Of a stretch of DNA of 60,099 nt, positions 50,634 through 60,099 are shown piece by piece. The position numbers were made by a program, and so were the translations under genes. This DNA is from Promethearchaeota archaeon (GTDB lineage: Archaea > Asgardarchaeota > Lokiarchaeia > Sigyniarchaeales > SOKP01). The DNA lies in the NCBI GenBank assembly GCA_048940445.1, contig JBHLON010000022.1, positions 1 to 60,099 of the forward strand, in the 5' to 3' direction. Within the stretch, counting starts at the first letter, position 1; every line of letters starts with the position of its first letter. A model generated the notes under the pieces. The model did no database searches, had not been told where the DNA came from, and worked only from the letters and a program-made list of their open reading frames with translations.

Positions 50634-51662
50634 TCAAGAATATAAATCTCCATTTTTCATTAAAATCTTGCTTGAACCATCTTTATAAGTAACTTTTATT
50701 GTTGGTTTATAAAATAAGAAATCTCTATGAGTTATTGATCTATTCTGGCCACCAACCATATCAGTATTGTTACCGAAAGCAATATGAGCAGTTTTAATTG
50801 CTTTTTCATCCTCAAGTAGAATTCCACGCAATTTAGCACCAGGGTTAAGACCTATTCCTAATTCACCAACTATCTTTGCATTTTCATCTAAATTAATTAA
50901 TTGTTCAACATTTTTAACTAATTTTTTATCCTCGCTTTGTATAGCAATTATCTTCCCGTTCTTTACAGAAATTCTCAAAGGTTTCTTTACTTTACCAATA
51001 TCACCAATCGAACCATCACATACAATAAGCCCATCTCCTTTAGATTCAATAGGACCACACCATATTTCACCACAAGGCAGATTAGCGAAATATGGTTGCT
51101 TTGTAATTTTTGCATCATTTGAAAACATACGATCTCTAATATACAATATAATATCTGTTCCTGCTGGTGTTGTTACGTGTGTAATCTCAGCATTTTCGAA
51201 ATCTTTAATCAAGTGTTCTGCCTTTTTAACCATTGAATCATAATCAACGTTCATGGGTCCATCAACCAACATCGCTTTAGTAATACCAACTCCATGGCCT
51301 ACTTTAATTGATTTAGCAGCGAGAATCGATTTTACCCATTTAACTCTGAATGGTGTCTCTTCCGCCAATCCTCTAAATGCATTAATTACAATTGTGGCTC
51401 CTTTCATCATTTCACTCATTTTTTTTGGTATTTCTATCAATGGTCGCTTCTTTTTAGGTAATAAATATAACTCTGTTTCACATCCATAATAAATGGCAGC
51501 ATTATAGAAAGCTTTACCTACTTTTTTGGTAAAATTATCTGTTATTACGAGAACGACATCCTCCATTTTCAAATTCATAACATGGATCATTACCCTTTGA
51601 GCGGAATTGATCATTTTCTTGAGTTTATGCGTATAAATTACCTCGCTTTTATATTGAGACAA
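50634..51662 (-). CDS. M29-type (thermophilic) metallo-aminopeptidase
   Basis: NLPCGEI, GELGIGLN, LEDEK..TAHIAFG, HRD. Confidence 0.88.
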   Translation of the reverse strand: MSQYKSEVIYTHKLKKMINSAQRVMIHVMNLKMEDVVLVITDNFTKKVGKAFYNAAIYYGCETELYLLPKKKRPLIEIPKKMSEMMKGATIVINAFRGLAEETPFRVKWVKSILAAKSIKVGHGVGITKAMLVDGPMNVDYDSMVKKAEHLIKDFENAEITHVTTPAGTDIILYIRDRMFSNDAKITKQPYFANLPCGEIWCGPIESKGDGLIVCDGSIGDIGKVKKPLRISVKNGKIIAIQSEDKKLVKNVEQLINLDENAKIVGELGIGLNPGAKLRGILLEDEKAIKTAHIAFGNNTDMVGGQNRSITHRDFLFYKPTIKVTYKDGSSKILMKNGDLYS

Positions 51663-51665
51663 AAT

Positions 51666-51953
51666 TTATCTTATTTTTTTTCCATTGCTTTTCCTCTTCC
51701 AATAAACATTATTCATCAGAAGTGGATTAAGCTTTATAGCACCTTTTGTTGGACATTCCATTACACAACAGCCGCAATACCAACATTCATCTGGATAAAG
51801 AACGATTGGAGATTTACCTCTCTCTGGATTAGGGATAAATAAATCCACTTGACATGCTTCTACACATCTATTACAGCCCGTGCATAAATCTGGATTAAAA
51901 ATTATTGGATTTAAAGCCCCTAATTCAAATACAGCAAAATACTTCTTATTCAT
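51666..51953 (-). CDS. 2x[4Fe-4S] ferredoxin, AprB-like
   Basis: CTGCNRCVEAC and PDECWYCGCCVMECP. Confidence 0.9.
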   Translation of the reverse strand: MNKKYFAVFELGALNPIIFNPDLCTGCNRCVEACQVDLFIPNPERGKSPIVLYPDECWYCGCCVMECPTKGAIKLNPLLMNNVYWKRKSNGKKIR

Positions 51954-54004
51954 GGTCCAATCCTCATTTTTATATATTCACGATTATTAATTTCATAATT
52001 TTCATTAAGGGAACTGTAATAATCAATAGGGAGTGACCCAAATTTTACTTTCTCATTTTCAAGTTTCACAGTTACGAATTTATGCCATTCAGGTGGATCC
52101 AATTCTGGGTAATCTGAACGAATAAAATATAAGTGCTTAGAGCTCGCTTTACGTGCTAAGCAAGAATAAATAATAATTTTAGCATTGGTAACTATATTCA
52201 AAACTTCCAATGTGCGAATTAATTCATGTGGGTTTCGAGCGTATAATTTTAGAGCTTCCTTAAATTCTAGGTCTTTTAGCATTTTTAATCCAATACGTAA
52301 GAGTTCTTCACTCTTTATTTCACCACAATAATTTTGCATAATCCTTGTGATTGCCATATTAAATTCTTTCCACCCTAATCCTTTATCTTTATTAATGAGT
52401 GATAATATGCGGTCTCTTTCAATCTCAACTTGTTGATTGTCTATACGTGAATTTGATGCTTGCTTTGCATAATCAGCAGCGTGTCTTCCAGCATAATATC
52501 CTGTCGCAGCAGCATGACCGTTGCAATCTGATGCAAACAATTGATCTCCCGCAGCATAAAGTCCTTCTATATTCGTTTTTAGATTCCAGTCATTTAGAAT
52601 TCCACCAGGCAATCCAAATAATTGTCTTTCACGTGGGAGAAATGAAGCTGAAGTCCATCCTTCCCCATAACTTTGAAGTAAATCATTTTCGGGAACAAAT
52701 CCTGCTTTATTATATCTCTGAAAGATGGGAATTTTAGATTTGCCTTCTTGGGCAACCATTAAATTCCATATAACATTTCTCTCATGTTTTGGCATACTAG
52801 GTAAGTCAGCATAGAAAGGAAGTTTAAATCCTTCTTCTAAAAGCTTTTCAATAGGGAGAGTATCTGGACCCTGATATTCATATAAATGGAAATCAGATTC
52901 CCCTCCTCCTTTAAGGAAGAATTTTTGTCCTGGGGCTGGTCGATAACGTTGAGAAACATTCTTGAGAATGTTGCCATCTCTATCAATCCATGGGATTTCT
53001 TTACCATTAGCATCAACCATTGAACAGGCATACCATGTATTGTGAGTATTACCGGTTCCATAAGGAGGATAGCTTCGTTCACCCGACCATTGTCCTCTTA
53101 TAGATTTTTCCATCATTGTAAATTCGACACCAGCTCTCCAACCTATTGCATGACCATCTCCCATGCACTGAAGTGGTCGAAATTCAGAAATGCCTGGTAT
53201 GCCTAATGAAAAAAGCCATATACGCGTTGGACGTGCCATACATAATATTGTAGCTTTAGATCTAAATACTATGAATTGTCCAGTTCGTCCATTTACTCCA
53301 GTAGTTCCAACTACTTTGGTTACCTGGTTATTTTCATCCAATATTAAACTTGTTGCCATTGTTCGATCATAGATTTCGACACCTAACCGCTTACATTCTT
53401 TATAAAGGGCAGGTTTAAAGGTGGTACCCCATACACGTAAGGTGAATTTATTTTCATAATCATATGCAAACAAAAATTTAGTTTTCTCATCTCGAAATTC
53501 AGCATCTTTAAATTGATCTTCTGTATCTCTTATCTTTGCTCCCATTTTTTCTAGGTCTAATAATCTATCAAAACCTTCTCTACATTCGATGTAGTGTGAA
53601 ATTGCATTATTATAACCATTGTGATCTTTAATCATTGCCATTGTTAATTCCTCAGGTGTGACCCTTGAGCAAGGATTTGTTGCTGCTGATTCCCAATGAT
53701 CACAACCAGATCCCCCAGCTCCGCTTCTGATTGTTGCACCTTTTTCAATAAGAGTGGCCTTTAAACCTTTTCTTGCAACTGCAATCGCAGCCCAACAACC
53801 CGCGATTCCACCTCCTAAAATTAAAACATCGGTATTCACTTCTTTCTTTTCATTCACTTTTATGGGATATGGCCATTCTAATGCGTTTAAAAAGAGTTCT
53901 CTCACTTCAGATATCTGCTCATTTTTATTTAATGAATATAATCTTACGGAATTTATATAAATTTGAATATAAGATTCTATAAAAAAGTAATATAATAACA
54001 ACAA
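51950..54004 (-). CDS. AprA/SdhA-family FAD-dependent oxidoreductase (true start probably near 53900)
   Basis: GGGIAG, RSGAG, GLYAAGD, RSDYPE; coupled to an AprB-like ferredoxin. Confidence 0.85.
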   Translation of the reverse strand: MLLLYYFFIESYIQIYINSVRLYSLNKNEQISEVRELFLNALEWPYPIKVNEKKEVNTDVLILGGGIAGCWAAIAVARKGLKATLIEKGATIRSGAGGSGCDHWESAATNPCSRVTPEELTMAMIKDHNGYNNAISHYIECREGFDRLLDLEKMGAKIRDTEDQFKDAEFRDEKTKFLFAYDYENKFTLRVWGTTFKPALYKECKRLGVEIYDRTMATSLILDENNQVTKVVGTTGVNGRTGQFIVFRSKATILCMARPTRIWLFSLGIPGISEFRPLQCMGDGHAIGWRAGVEFTMMEKSIRGQWSGERSYPPYGTGNTHNTWYACSMVDANGKEIPWIDRDGNILKNVSQRYRPAPGQKFFLKGGGESDFHLYEYQGPDTLPIEKLLEEGFKLPFYADLPSMPKHERNVIWNLMVAQEGKSKIPIFQRYNKAGFVPENDLLQSYGEGWTSASFLPRERQLFGLPGGILNDWNLKTNIEGLYAAGDQLFASDCNGHAAATGYYAGRHAADYAKQASNSRIDNQQVEIERDRILSLINKDKGLGWKEFNMAITRIMQNYCGEIKSEELLRIGLKMLKDLEFKEALKLYARNPHELIRTLEVLNIVTNAKIIIYSCLARKASSKHLYFIRSDYPELDPPEWHKFVTVKLENEKVKFGSLPIDYYSSLNENYEINNREYIKMRIGP

Positions 54005-54059
54005 ATAATTCGAATGTTTAAATTGAAAATTATAAAAATAATAGAAGATTAGGTTTTAA

Positions 54060-55274
54060 TTATTTGATTCGTCCCTTCAAGTCTTCTGGTGAGAAGGGGC
54101 CTTGTTCAGCAATCAATTTTCGAGCTTCGTCGACTTTTTCCCAAACATTCCATAAGAGTACTCCCTTTACTCTTCCTTCTTTCAAGTAATATACTATCCC
54201 TTCTTCTAACGAATCGTCGATATCTTCCACCATTTCTAATTTTGAATTTAAAATTCCCACTGCTTCATAACCGAGATCGAACAAATCAGAATAGAATAAG
54301 GATAGATGATCAAAAGGTATCTCTTCTCCTGTCATATTTTTTCCTGCGATTTCTCCCATCATAAGGGCATTATCCTCATGTTCGACACGAATGTATTCGG
54401 TAAGAGCTGGATTAAAATAATATGCTACATCTCCAGCTGCATAAATTTCCTTATCGTTTGTTTGAAGGAAATTGTTTACAACAATTCCATTTTCGACGTT
54501 TAGATCTGCAGCCTTTGCTAGGTCTATATTAGGATTAATCCCTAATCCTGCTATAATACAATCAAATTTGAGATTTTTACCGCTTTTCGTTTCTACCAAA
54601 TAGACTTTTCCCTGTTGTTTAACATTGCTAACCATCTCACCTGTTAAAACTTTAATACCTTTCTCCCGATAATACCCATTTAAATAATCACTTAATGTTT
54701 TAGGAAAAATTAATCCACAAATTCCATTCTCTGGAAAAATCATAGTAACCTCTGCTTTTGGTTTATAGATTTTTATAGCTGCTGCGATCTCAGACCCTAT
54801 AAATCCACCACCAAAAATTCCGAAAGTTTTATTTTTGTCTACAAAATTTTTCAATTTTTTATAATCTGAAACTGTACGATAATATATTATTCCCGTCTCT
54901 TCAATATTAGGAAGTTTTTTAGGAGTACCACCAGTAGCAATAAGCAATTTTTCAAATTTGTATACATCTCCTTGATTGTCAGTAACTTCTTTATTGGAAC
55001 GATCTATTTTTTCAGCAATACGACCAAGATGTATTTTCAGACTGACATTTTCAGTTCCTAAGTAAATATCATCAATTTTTTCTTCTCCTCTCCAAATCGA
55101 TTTAGAAAGTGGAGGGCGTGCATAAGGAGGATCTTCTTCTCTGCTAATTATACCAATAGTTCCTTTAGGATCAGTCTCTTTTATACTACGAGCTGCTGCA
55201 TCTGCAGTCATTCCCCCTCCAATAATTAAATATTTATATTCATAAACTTTCATTTCTTTCACCCATAATTCCAA
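54060..55274 (-). CDS. Ferredoxin-reductase/MDHAR/AIF-like NAD(P)/FAD oxidoreductase
   Basis: PPYARPPLSK, ATGG, GGGFIGSE, RVEHED, FYSDLF. Confidence 0.88.
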   Translation of the reverse strand: MELWVKEMKVYEYKYLIIGGGMTADAAARSIKETDPKGTIGIISREEDPPYARPPLSKSIWRGEEKIDDIYLGTENVSLKIHLGRIAEKIDRSNKEVTDNQGDVYKFEKLLIATGGTPKKLPNIEETGIIYYRTVSDYKKLKNFVDKNKTFGIFGGGFIGSEIAAAIKIYKPKAEVTMIFPENGICGLIFPKTLSDYLNGYYREKGIKVLTGEMVSNVKQQGKVYLVETKSGKNLKFDCIIAGLGINPNIDLAKAADLNVENGIVVNNFLQTNDKEIYAAGDVAYYFNPALTEYIRVEHEDNALMMGEIAGKNMTGEEIPFDHLSLFYSDLFDLGYEAVGILNSKLEMVEDIDDSLEEGIVYYLKEGRVKGVLLWNVWEKVDEARKLIAEQGPFSPEDLKGRIK

Positions 55275-55515
55275 TATTCTTCTTAGATTGTAAATCTTTT
55301 ATCTATCATACATTCATTGATTTATTTCAGAAATAACTTGAATAAGAAATAGATACATTGCTTTATTTATCTATAGTTTATAAATTATTAGGGATTTTCC
55401 TTTCTTTTTTAAGTATTAGAATTTCTTAGTTATTTTTATTAACGAATAAAAAATCAATTAATAAATAATAATAGATTATTTTATTAATTTCATAAAAGAA
55501 TTTTATGATATAATC

Positions 55516-56757
55516 ATGAAAGCAATAAAATTAACCGATAGAATTTATTGGATAGGAGCAAACGTCCATACTGAAGATTTATTCGAAGGAATTTGGCCAA
55601 TACCCAACGGTGTGGCCTTAAATGTTTATGTGATAAAAGGAGATAAAATTGCTGTTATTGAGCTCGTAAGGCAATGGGGTGGTGCTGCCACGAATTTACT
55701 GGAGAATCTTAAATCCCTCTCTATATCTATTAAAGATATTGATTATCTTGTTCTTAATCACCTTGAACCCGATCACACAGGTTTCACATACATCCTAAGG
55801 TCTCTGGCACCAAATTCGCAAATTATAACCACTGAAAAAGGTGCTGATTTAGTAGACGGTTTTTATGGTATTAAAGATAATATATTGACGGTTAAAACGG
55901 GAGATACTGTAGAACTTGGTCAAAACATGGCTTTGGAGTTTACCGAAATTCCGCACGTGCATTGGCCGGAAACTATGGTGACATACGAAAAAAATTCAAA
56001 AATACTGTTTTCTGGAGATGCATTTGGGGCATATGGAGTTCATCAAGGAAGTATTTTTGACGATAAGACAGCAGATGTATCCAAACCCTACTGGGAAAAA
56101 GAGATGTTAAGATATTATGCTAACATTATAGCCACGTTTTCTCCGAATGTTATAAAAGCCATTAAATCGGTTTCTTCATTAGACATCAAAATGATTGCTC
56201 CATCACATGGTTTAATTTGGAGAGGCAAACCAGAGGTGGTGATTAAGAAGTATAGGCGATACGCTAATTATAATAAAGATTATGCCGAACCGGAAGTATG
56301 TGTTGTTTGGGGTAGCATGTATGGCAATACAGAAGCTATGTTAAACGCAATTTTAAAAGGTATAACTCATGAGAATGTATCAGTTAATATTCATCGAGTT
56401 CCAAATGAAGATGTATCATTTATTCTTGCAGATGCATATAAATGTGCTGGATTGGTGATAGGAACACCTACCTATGAATATAGTATGTTTCCACCAATGA
56501 AATATTTTATGGAACTTTTACAAAAAAAGCATGTATGGTATAAAAAAGTTTTATTCTTTGGCTCTTATGGATGGAGCGGAGGAGCACAAAAAGAATTTAA
56601 TAATCTTACTGATAATATGAAATGGGATATTCTTGAACCGCTCTCATTTAAAGGTTATCCTACAGTTGAACTACTTGAAAAAGGTGAGGTTTTAGCGAGA
56701 GAACTAGCTTCCCAAGTTAAGAAGATCCCCTCAAAAGTTAAAAATGAAGAATATTAA
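55516..56757 (+). CDS. fprA: Flavodiiron protein (FprA), second paralog
   Basis: HLEPDH, HWPE, SGDAFG, PSHG, SMYGNT, FGSYGW. Confidence 0.95.
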   Translation: MKAIKLTDRIYWIGANVHTEDLFEGIWPIPNGVALNVYVIKGDKIAVIELVRQWGGAATNLLENLKSLSISIKDIDYLVLNHLEPDHTGFTYILRSLAPNSQIITTEKGADLVDGFYGIKDNILTVKTGDTVELGQNMALEFTEIPHVHWPETMVTYEKNSKILFSGDAFGAYGVHQGSIFDDKTADVSKPYWEKEMLRYYANIIATFSPNVIKAIKSVSSLDIKMIAPSHGLIWRGKPEVVIKKYRRYANYNKDYAEPEVCVVWGSMYGNTEAMLNAILKGITHENVSVNIHRVPNEDVSFILADAYKCAGLVIGTPTYEYSMFPPMKYFMELLQKKHVWYKKVLFFGSYGWSGGAQKEFNNLTDNMKWDILEPLSFKGYPTVELLEKGEVLARELASQVKKIPSKVKNEEY

Positions 56758-56850
56758 GTCTTATTACTTATTTTTAATAAATTAATTCTTTTTTTAATCT
56801 TCTCCTTACTGGCTTAAATTCCTTATTGAAAAAAGGGTCTTTAAAAACAT

Positions 56851-56860
56851 GAACATGTTC
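56851..56860. promoter_or_regulatory. Palindrome GAACATGTTC, candidate operator (copy 2)
   Basis: Upstream of the ferredoxin gene, just after TTTAAAAA; same 12-mer as 47574. Confidence 0.5.
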
Positions 56861-56899
56861 GAGAAAAAGAATATTTTCTAATTGAAATTTCATATAAGT

Positions 56900-57685
56900 A
56901 TGACTGAAGCAAAACAACAAAAAATGGTAAAGAGAAAAATAATCAAGATCGATGAAGAACTTTGTACGGGATGTGGTAATTGTGTGGTAGATTGTGCAGA
57001 AGGTGCTTTAGAAGTAATTGATGGAAAGGCTAAGGTCATAAATGAAATTTTTTGTGATGGTCTTGGTGCGTGTATTTCTGGTTGTCCAACAGGTGCTTTA
57101 GAAATAATCGAAAGAGAAGCTTTAGAGTTTAATGAAGAGGCTGTTGAACAACATTTGGAATCTCTAAAAGATAATAATCAATCTGAAGCACAACAAATTA
57201 AACAAATGGTAAATGAACAATCTCATCAGTGTGGTTGTCCTTCTGCTCAAACTATCGTTTTTAATGAGCCAATTGCACAAACAGAAGAACATGGAATAAT
57301 TTCTTCAGCATTGCGTCAATGGCCAGTTCAAATGCATTTAATAAATCCCCAAGCTCCATACTATCATAGAGCTGATGTTCTCCTTTCAGCTGATTGTGTA
57401 GGATATTCATATGGAAATTTTCATAGAGATTTTTTAAAACATAAATCCATTGCTATTGCCTGTCCTAAGCTAGATCAAGGGAAGGAAATTTATATTGAAA
57501 AAATTAAATCTTTAATTGATGACGCCAAAATTAATACTCTTACAGTTGCTATTATGGAAGTACCTTGTTGTACTGGATTATTAGCCTTAGCTCAAGAAGG
57601 AGCTAAACGTGCTAAACGTAAGATTCCGATAAAGAATATAGTGGTCGGGATTCAAGGAAATATCTTAAAGGAAGAATGGATTTAA
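56900..57685 (+). CDS. 4Fe-4S ferredoxin-domain protein with Cys-rich C-terminal domain
   Basis: CTGCGNCVVDC, CDGLGACISGCP, LRQWPVQ, ADC, CPKLD, MEVPCC. Confidence 0.88.
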   Translation: MTEAKQQKMVKRKIIKIDEELCTGCGNCVVDCAEGALEVIDGKAKVINEIFCDGLGACISGCPTGALEIIEREALEFNEEAVEQHLESLKDNNQSEAQQIKQMVNEQSHQCGCPSAQTIVFNEPIAQTEEHGIISSALRQWPVQMHLINPQAPYYHRADVLLSADCVGYSYGNFHRDFLKHKSIAIACPKLDQGKEIYIEKIKSLIDDAKINTLTVAIMEVPCCTGLLALAQEGAKRAKRKIPIKNIVVGIQGNILKEEWI

Positions 57686-57691
57686 ATTATA

Positions 57692-58345
57692 TTATTCTTC
57701 AAATAAGACTTTCTTTTTAATAATTTTTCTTAACATTACCGAGAGAGCTGATTTAGATTTCCCTAATTTGTTAGCTAACTCCTCTAATGATATTTCTCGA
57801 GGAATTTCAAAGAATCCTAATGATATTGCTTTATCTAATACATGTGACTCTTCAAAAGTTAATTTACTCTTATCATCGTCAATATTGTATGGTGAATTTC
57901 CAATCCTTAATAATTCTGATTCAATATTACTTTTTTCGAATAAAGTCAATAACTGGTCTATTCTATCTCTTTTAGCTATGAGTTTCCAATATGCATAACC
58001 ATTCCTTACTTTAACTGGAAAGTTAACCAAAACCCCACATTTGATTAAAGCATATAATAAATATGGGTCTTTAGTTTTCACATTAAATTTTATCCTGCTA
58101 TGTTCTTTTTCTAATAAATTAAACTCAATTACAGAGTTATGATTTCTTATTTTACTGATAATGGAATCTATATCATAATGAAATATCTCAATAATGGAAT
58201 TACCAATAGAATTTTCAATATCATAAGGAAGAAAATATTCAATTTCCATTTTAACATCATGAAAGTTACTGAAAATGTCTGAAATCCATATTTCCTCTGG
58301 AAATTTAATTTTAATTCTAGCTAAACTGGTTTTGCTTGAATCCAT
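57692..58345 (-). CDS. Bacterio-opsin-activator-type (HTH_10) transcriptional regulator
   Basis: LTFEE..AISLGFFEIPREISLEELANKLGKSKS. Confidence 0.88.
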   Translation of the reverse strand: MDSSKTSLARIKIKFPEEIWISDIFSNFHDVKMEIEYFLPYDIENSIGNSIIEIFHYDIDSIISKIRNHNSVIEFNLLEKEHSRIKFNVKTKDPYLLYALIKCGVLVNFPVKVRNGYAYWKLIAKRDRIDQLLTLFEKSNIESELLRIGNSPYNIDDDKSKLTFEESHVLDKAISLGFFEIPREISLEELANKLGKSKSALSVMLRKIIKKKVLFEE

Positions 58346-58430
58346 TGAAATGAGTAGTTTTTATAGATTTAAAATGTTTTTTAGAAATAATTAGTAATTA
58401 TAAATACGATTTAAAAATTGTAATATTATA

Positions 58431-59045
58431 ATGAATGAAAATAAGAACTTATTATTAGGAATATCTGGAAGTCCTAGAAATCAAGGTACTGAATTTGCTG
58501 TTCAATATGCCTTAAATTATGCAAAAGAAAAGTTCCAATTTGAAACTGAATTCTGGACAGTTAGAAATAAAAATATTAAGTTCTGTATTCATTGCGATTA
58601 TTGCATACGTGAGAAAAAAGGGTGTGTTCATAAGGATGATCTGCAAGAACTATATCCAAAATTAGAAAAAGCAAAATTTCTACTATTTGGAACCCCAGTG
58701 TTTCAAGGAAATCTATCTGGTCAATTGAAAACAGTAATGGATCGATGTCGAGCATTACTAGCAAGAAATCCAAATGTTTTTAAAAATAAAATTGGTATGG
58801 CAATTGCGGTGGGAGGAGATCGAAATGGAGGTCAAGAAATTGCCATCAGGAGTATTTTAGACTTCTTTCAACAAAACTATGTTATTTCTATTTCTGGAGG
58901 AGCATTTGGGGCAAATCTGGGGGCTTGTTTGTGGACCAGAGATAAAGGGAAAGAAGGAATTGAGCAGGATCAGGAGGGTTTAAGGGGAATTAGGAAAGTT
59001 ATTAAAAGATTAGCTGAATTTAGATCACAAAAATCAATAATTTAA
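58431..59045 (+). CDS. Iron-sulfur flavoprotein / NADPH-dependent FMN reductase family
   Basis: SGSPR, CIHCDYC..C, GTPVF, GGDRNGGQE. Confidence 0.9.
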   Translation: MNENKNLLLGISGSPRNQGTEFAVQYALNYAKEKFQFETEFWTVRNKNIKFCIHCDYCIREKKGCVHKDDLQELYPKLEKAKFLLFGTPVFQGNLSGQLKTVMDRCRALLARNPNVFKNKIGMAIAVGGDRNGGQEIAIRSILDFFQQNYVISISGGAFGANLGACLWTRDKGKEGIEQDQEGLRGIRKVIKRLAEFRSQKSII

Positions 59046-59131
59046 TGATACAGTAAACTACAATCAATTCCGAGATTATAAAGAAATTAGGGTCATTATT
59101 ACTAAAATCAAAAAAATGGGAAAGACAAAAC

Positions 59132-59428
59132 TTATTTTATACCAAATAACTTTTTAGCTTCTTTTTGACGGAGGCCATCAACCCCCCAAAGCTCCTTAAA
59201 CCAATATTTCCCTTTCATTATTACAACAGGGGTATTCACAATACATCCATCAGCATCACAAAATGTTTTAAGAAAATTGTCATCATGTAAGAGTTCATGT
59301 ACAAATTCTTCATCATTTATATCGCGTTCAATATATTTTATCTTGTTTTCATCTAACCACTCCTTAAGCTCACGACAACGTGAGCAACCTTCTTTGGTAA
59401 TAATTATTGGAATTTTCATTTCTGACAT
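59132..59428 (-). CDS. Glutaredoxin-like protein
   Basis: GCSRC, YIERDI, TPVVI. Confidence 0.8.
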   Translation of the reverse strand: MSEMKIPIIITKEGCSRCRELKEWLDENKIKYIERDINDEEFVHELLHDDNFLKTFCDADGCIVNTPVVIMKGKYWFKELWGVDGLRQKEAKKLFGIK

Positions 59429-59586
59429 ACAATCTCACTCTAAATTTTTACTTTAATAATAATATAAACATTGAAACGTAGAAAAAAAATTTTATTTTTT
59501 TTCTTTTCGTCTAATTTACCTATCGATTAAACTCTCTAAATTTTTGATTATTAGCGGGAATAAGGCTATTAAAAGGAATGTTTAGT

Positions 59587-60099
59587 TTAAATTAGCTGCC
59601 TCAATAACCACCTTAATGCATCAATTATCTTTTCGTCTTCATTTAGAACATTAATTGCGAAATACTTGACGACTAAACCACAATCGGCTAATTCGGTTAG
59701 ATCAAAGTGCTTATAGAAATCTTCTGATTCTATTTCCTCTTCATTATAGAATTTATTCCCAATAATTAAAACTGGCAAAAATTCACCTATATCTAAGCAT
59801 CTATTTAATATAATACTAAACATATCTACGGCATCTTTTAAAGAATCTTTATTCGATGCATTAAAGATCAGTATAAATCCTTGAGCATTGTCCAAGCATT
59901 GTTCATAGAGTTTAGAGTGTTCTGCTTGGTCACCATTCTCAATGCATTCATATGTTAAGATTTCAATGTTTTCAATGACAAAATCATAAATTTTACTAAT
60001 TAAATCTCTTTTTTTTTCAGGATCTTTATACTCAAGAAATTGTATTACTTCTAAATTTTTCAATAGTGTTGTTTTTCCCGATTTGGGTGGTCCAAATAT
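59587..60099 (-). CDS. Small GTPase-like protein, 5'-truncated by window edge
   Basis: Frame extends to the edge with IFGPPKSGKTTL (G1); AQGFILIFN, LIIGNK. Confidence 0.8.
   Translation of the reverse strand: MFGPPKSGKTTLLKNLEVIQFLEYKDPEKKRDLISKIYDFVIENIEILTYECIENGDQAEHSKLYEQCLDNAQGFILIFNASNKDSLKDAVDMFSIILNRCLDIGEFLPVLIIGNKFYNEEEIESEDFYKHFDLTELADCGLVVKYFAINVLNEDEKIIDALRWLLRQLI

Noticed and set aside
3927-58773. Short antisense or nested ORFs in the track (e.g. 7338-7799, 12874-13194, 46769-47182, 52399-52737)
   Set aside because: They lie within well-supported genes and lack motifs; treated as shadow ORFs
1-60099. CRISPR arrays, tRNA/rRNA genes, transposases, integrases
   Set aside because: None recognised by eye; a tRNAscan/Infernal run would be needed to exclude split or intron-containing tRNAs

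Overview
AT-rich archaeal chromosomal segment. It is probably from an Asgard archaeon (Lokiarchaeia-like), inferred from eS26, two Roadblock proteins, a small GTPase, a SNAP/TPR-like protein, Gar1-TFB and ArcS/RaSEA. The first ~32 kb is mostly housekeeping (SAH hydrolase, archaeosine synthesis, TFB, Co/Ni ECF transporter, TrmY, RNase Z, CdhE). From ~33 to 59 kb there is a sulfur-relay/Fe-S operon and a large redox/oxygen-defence region. The most striking observation is a rubredoxin gene missed by the ORF track (44808-44637, minus strand). It is interrupted by a 31-nt insertion that folds into a canonical bulge-helix-bulge (BHB) motif, and cutting at the standard BHB positions exactly restores the second CxxC. 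This is a candidate endonuclease-spliced mRNA intron. Also notable: up to five genes with apparent ATT/ATC/ATA starts, a ~170-nt structured ncRNA candidate with its own TATA box and T-run, a TBP repeat inserted in a tandem Lrp regulator, an IscS lacking the PLP lysine, an IscU-TrxR fragment fusion, an atypical CooS, and a shared GAACATGTTC palindrome. All calls come from manual reading and motif recognition; no searches were run.
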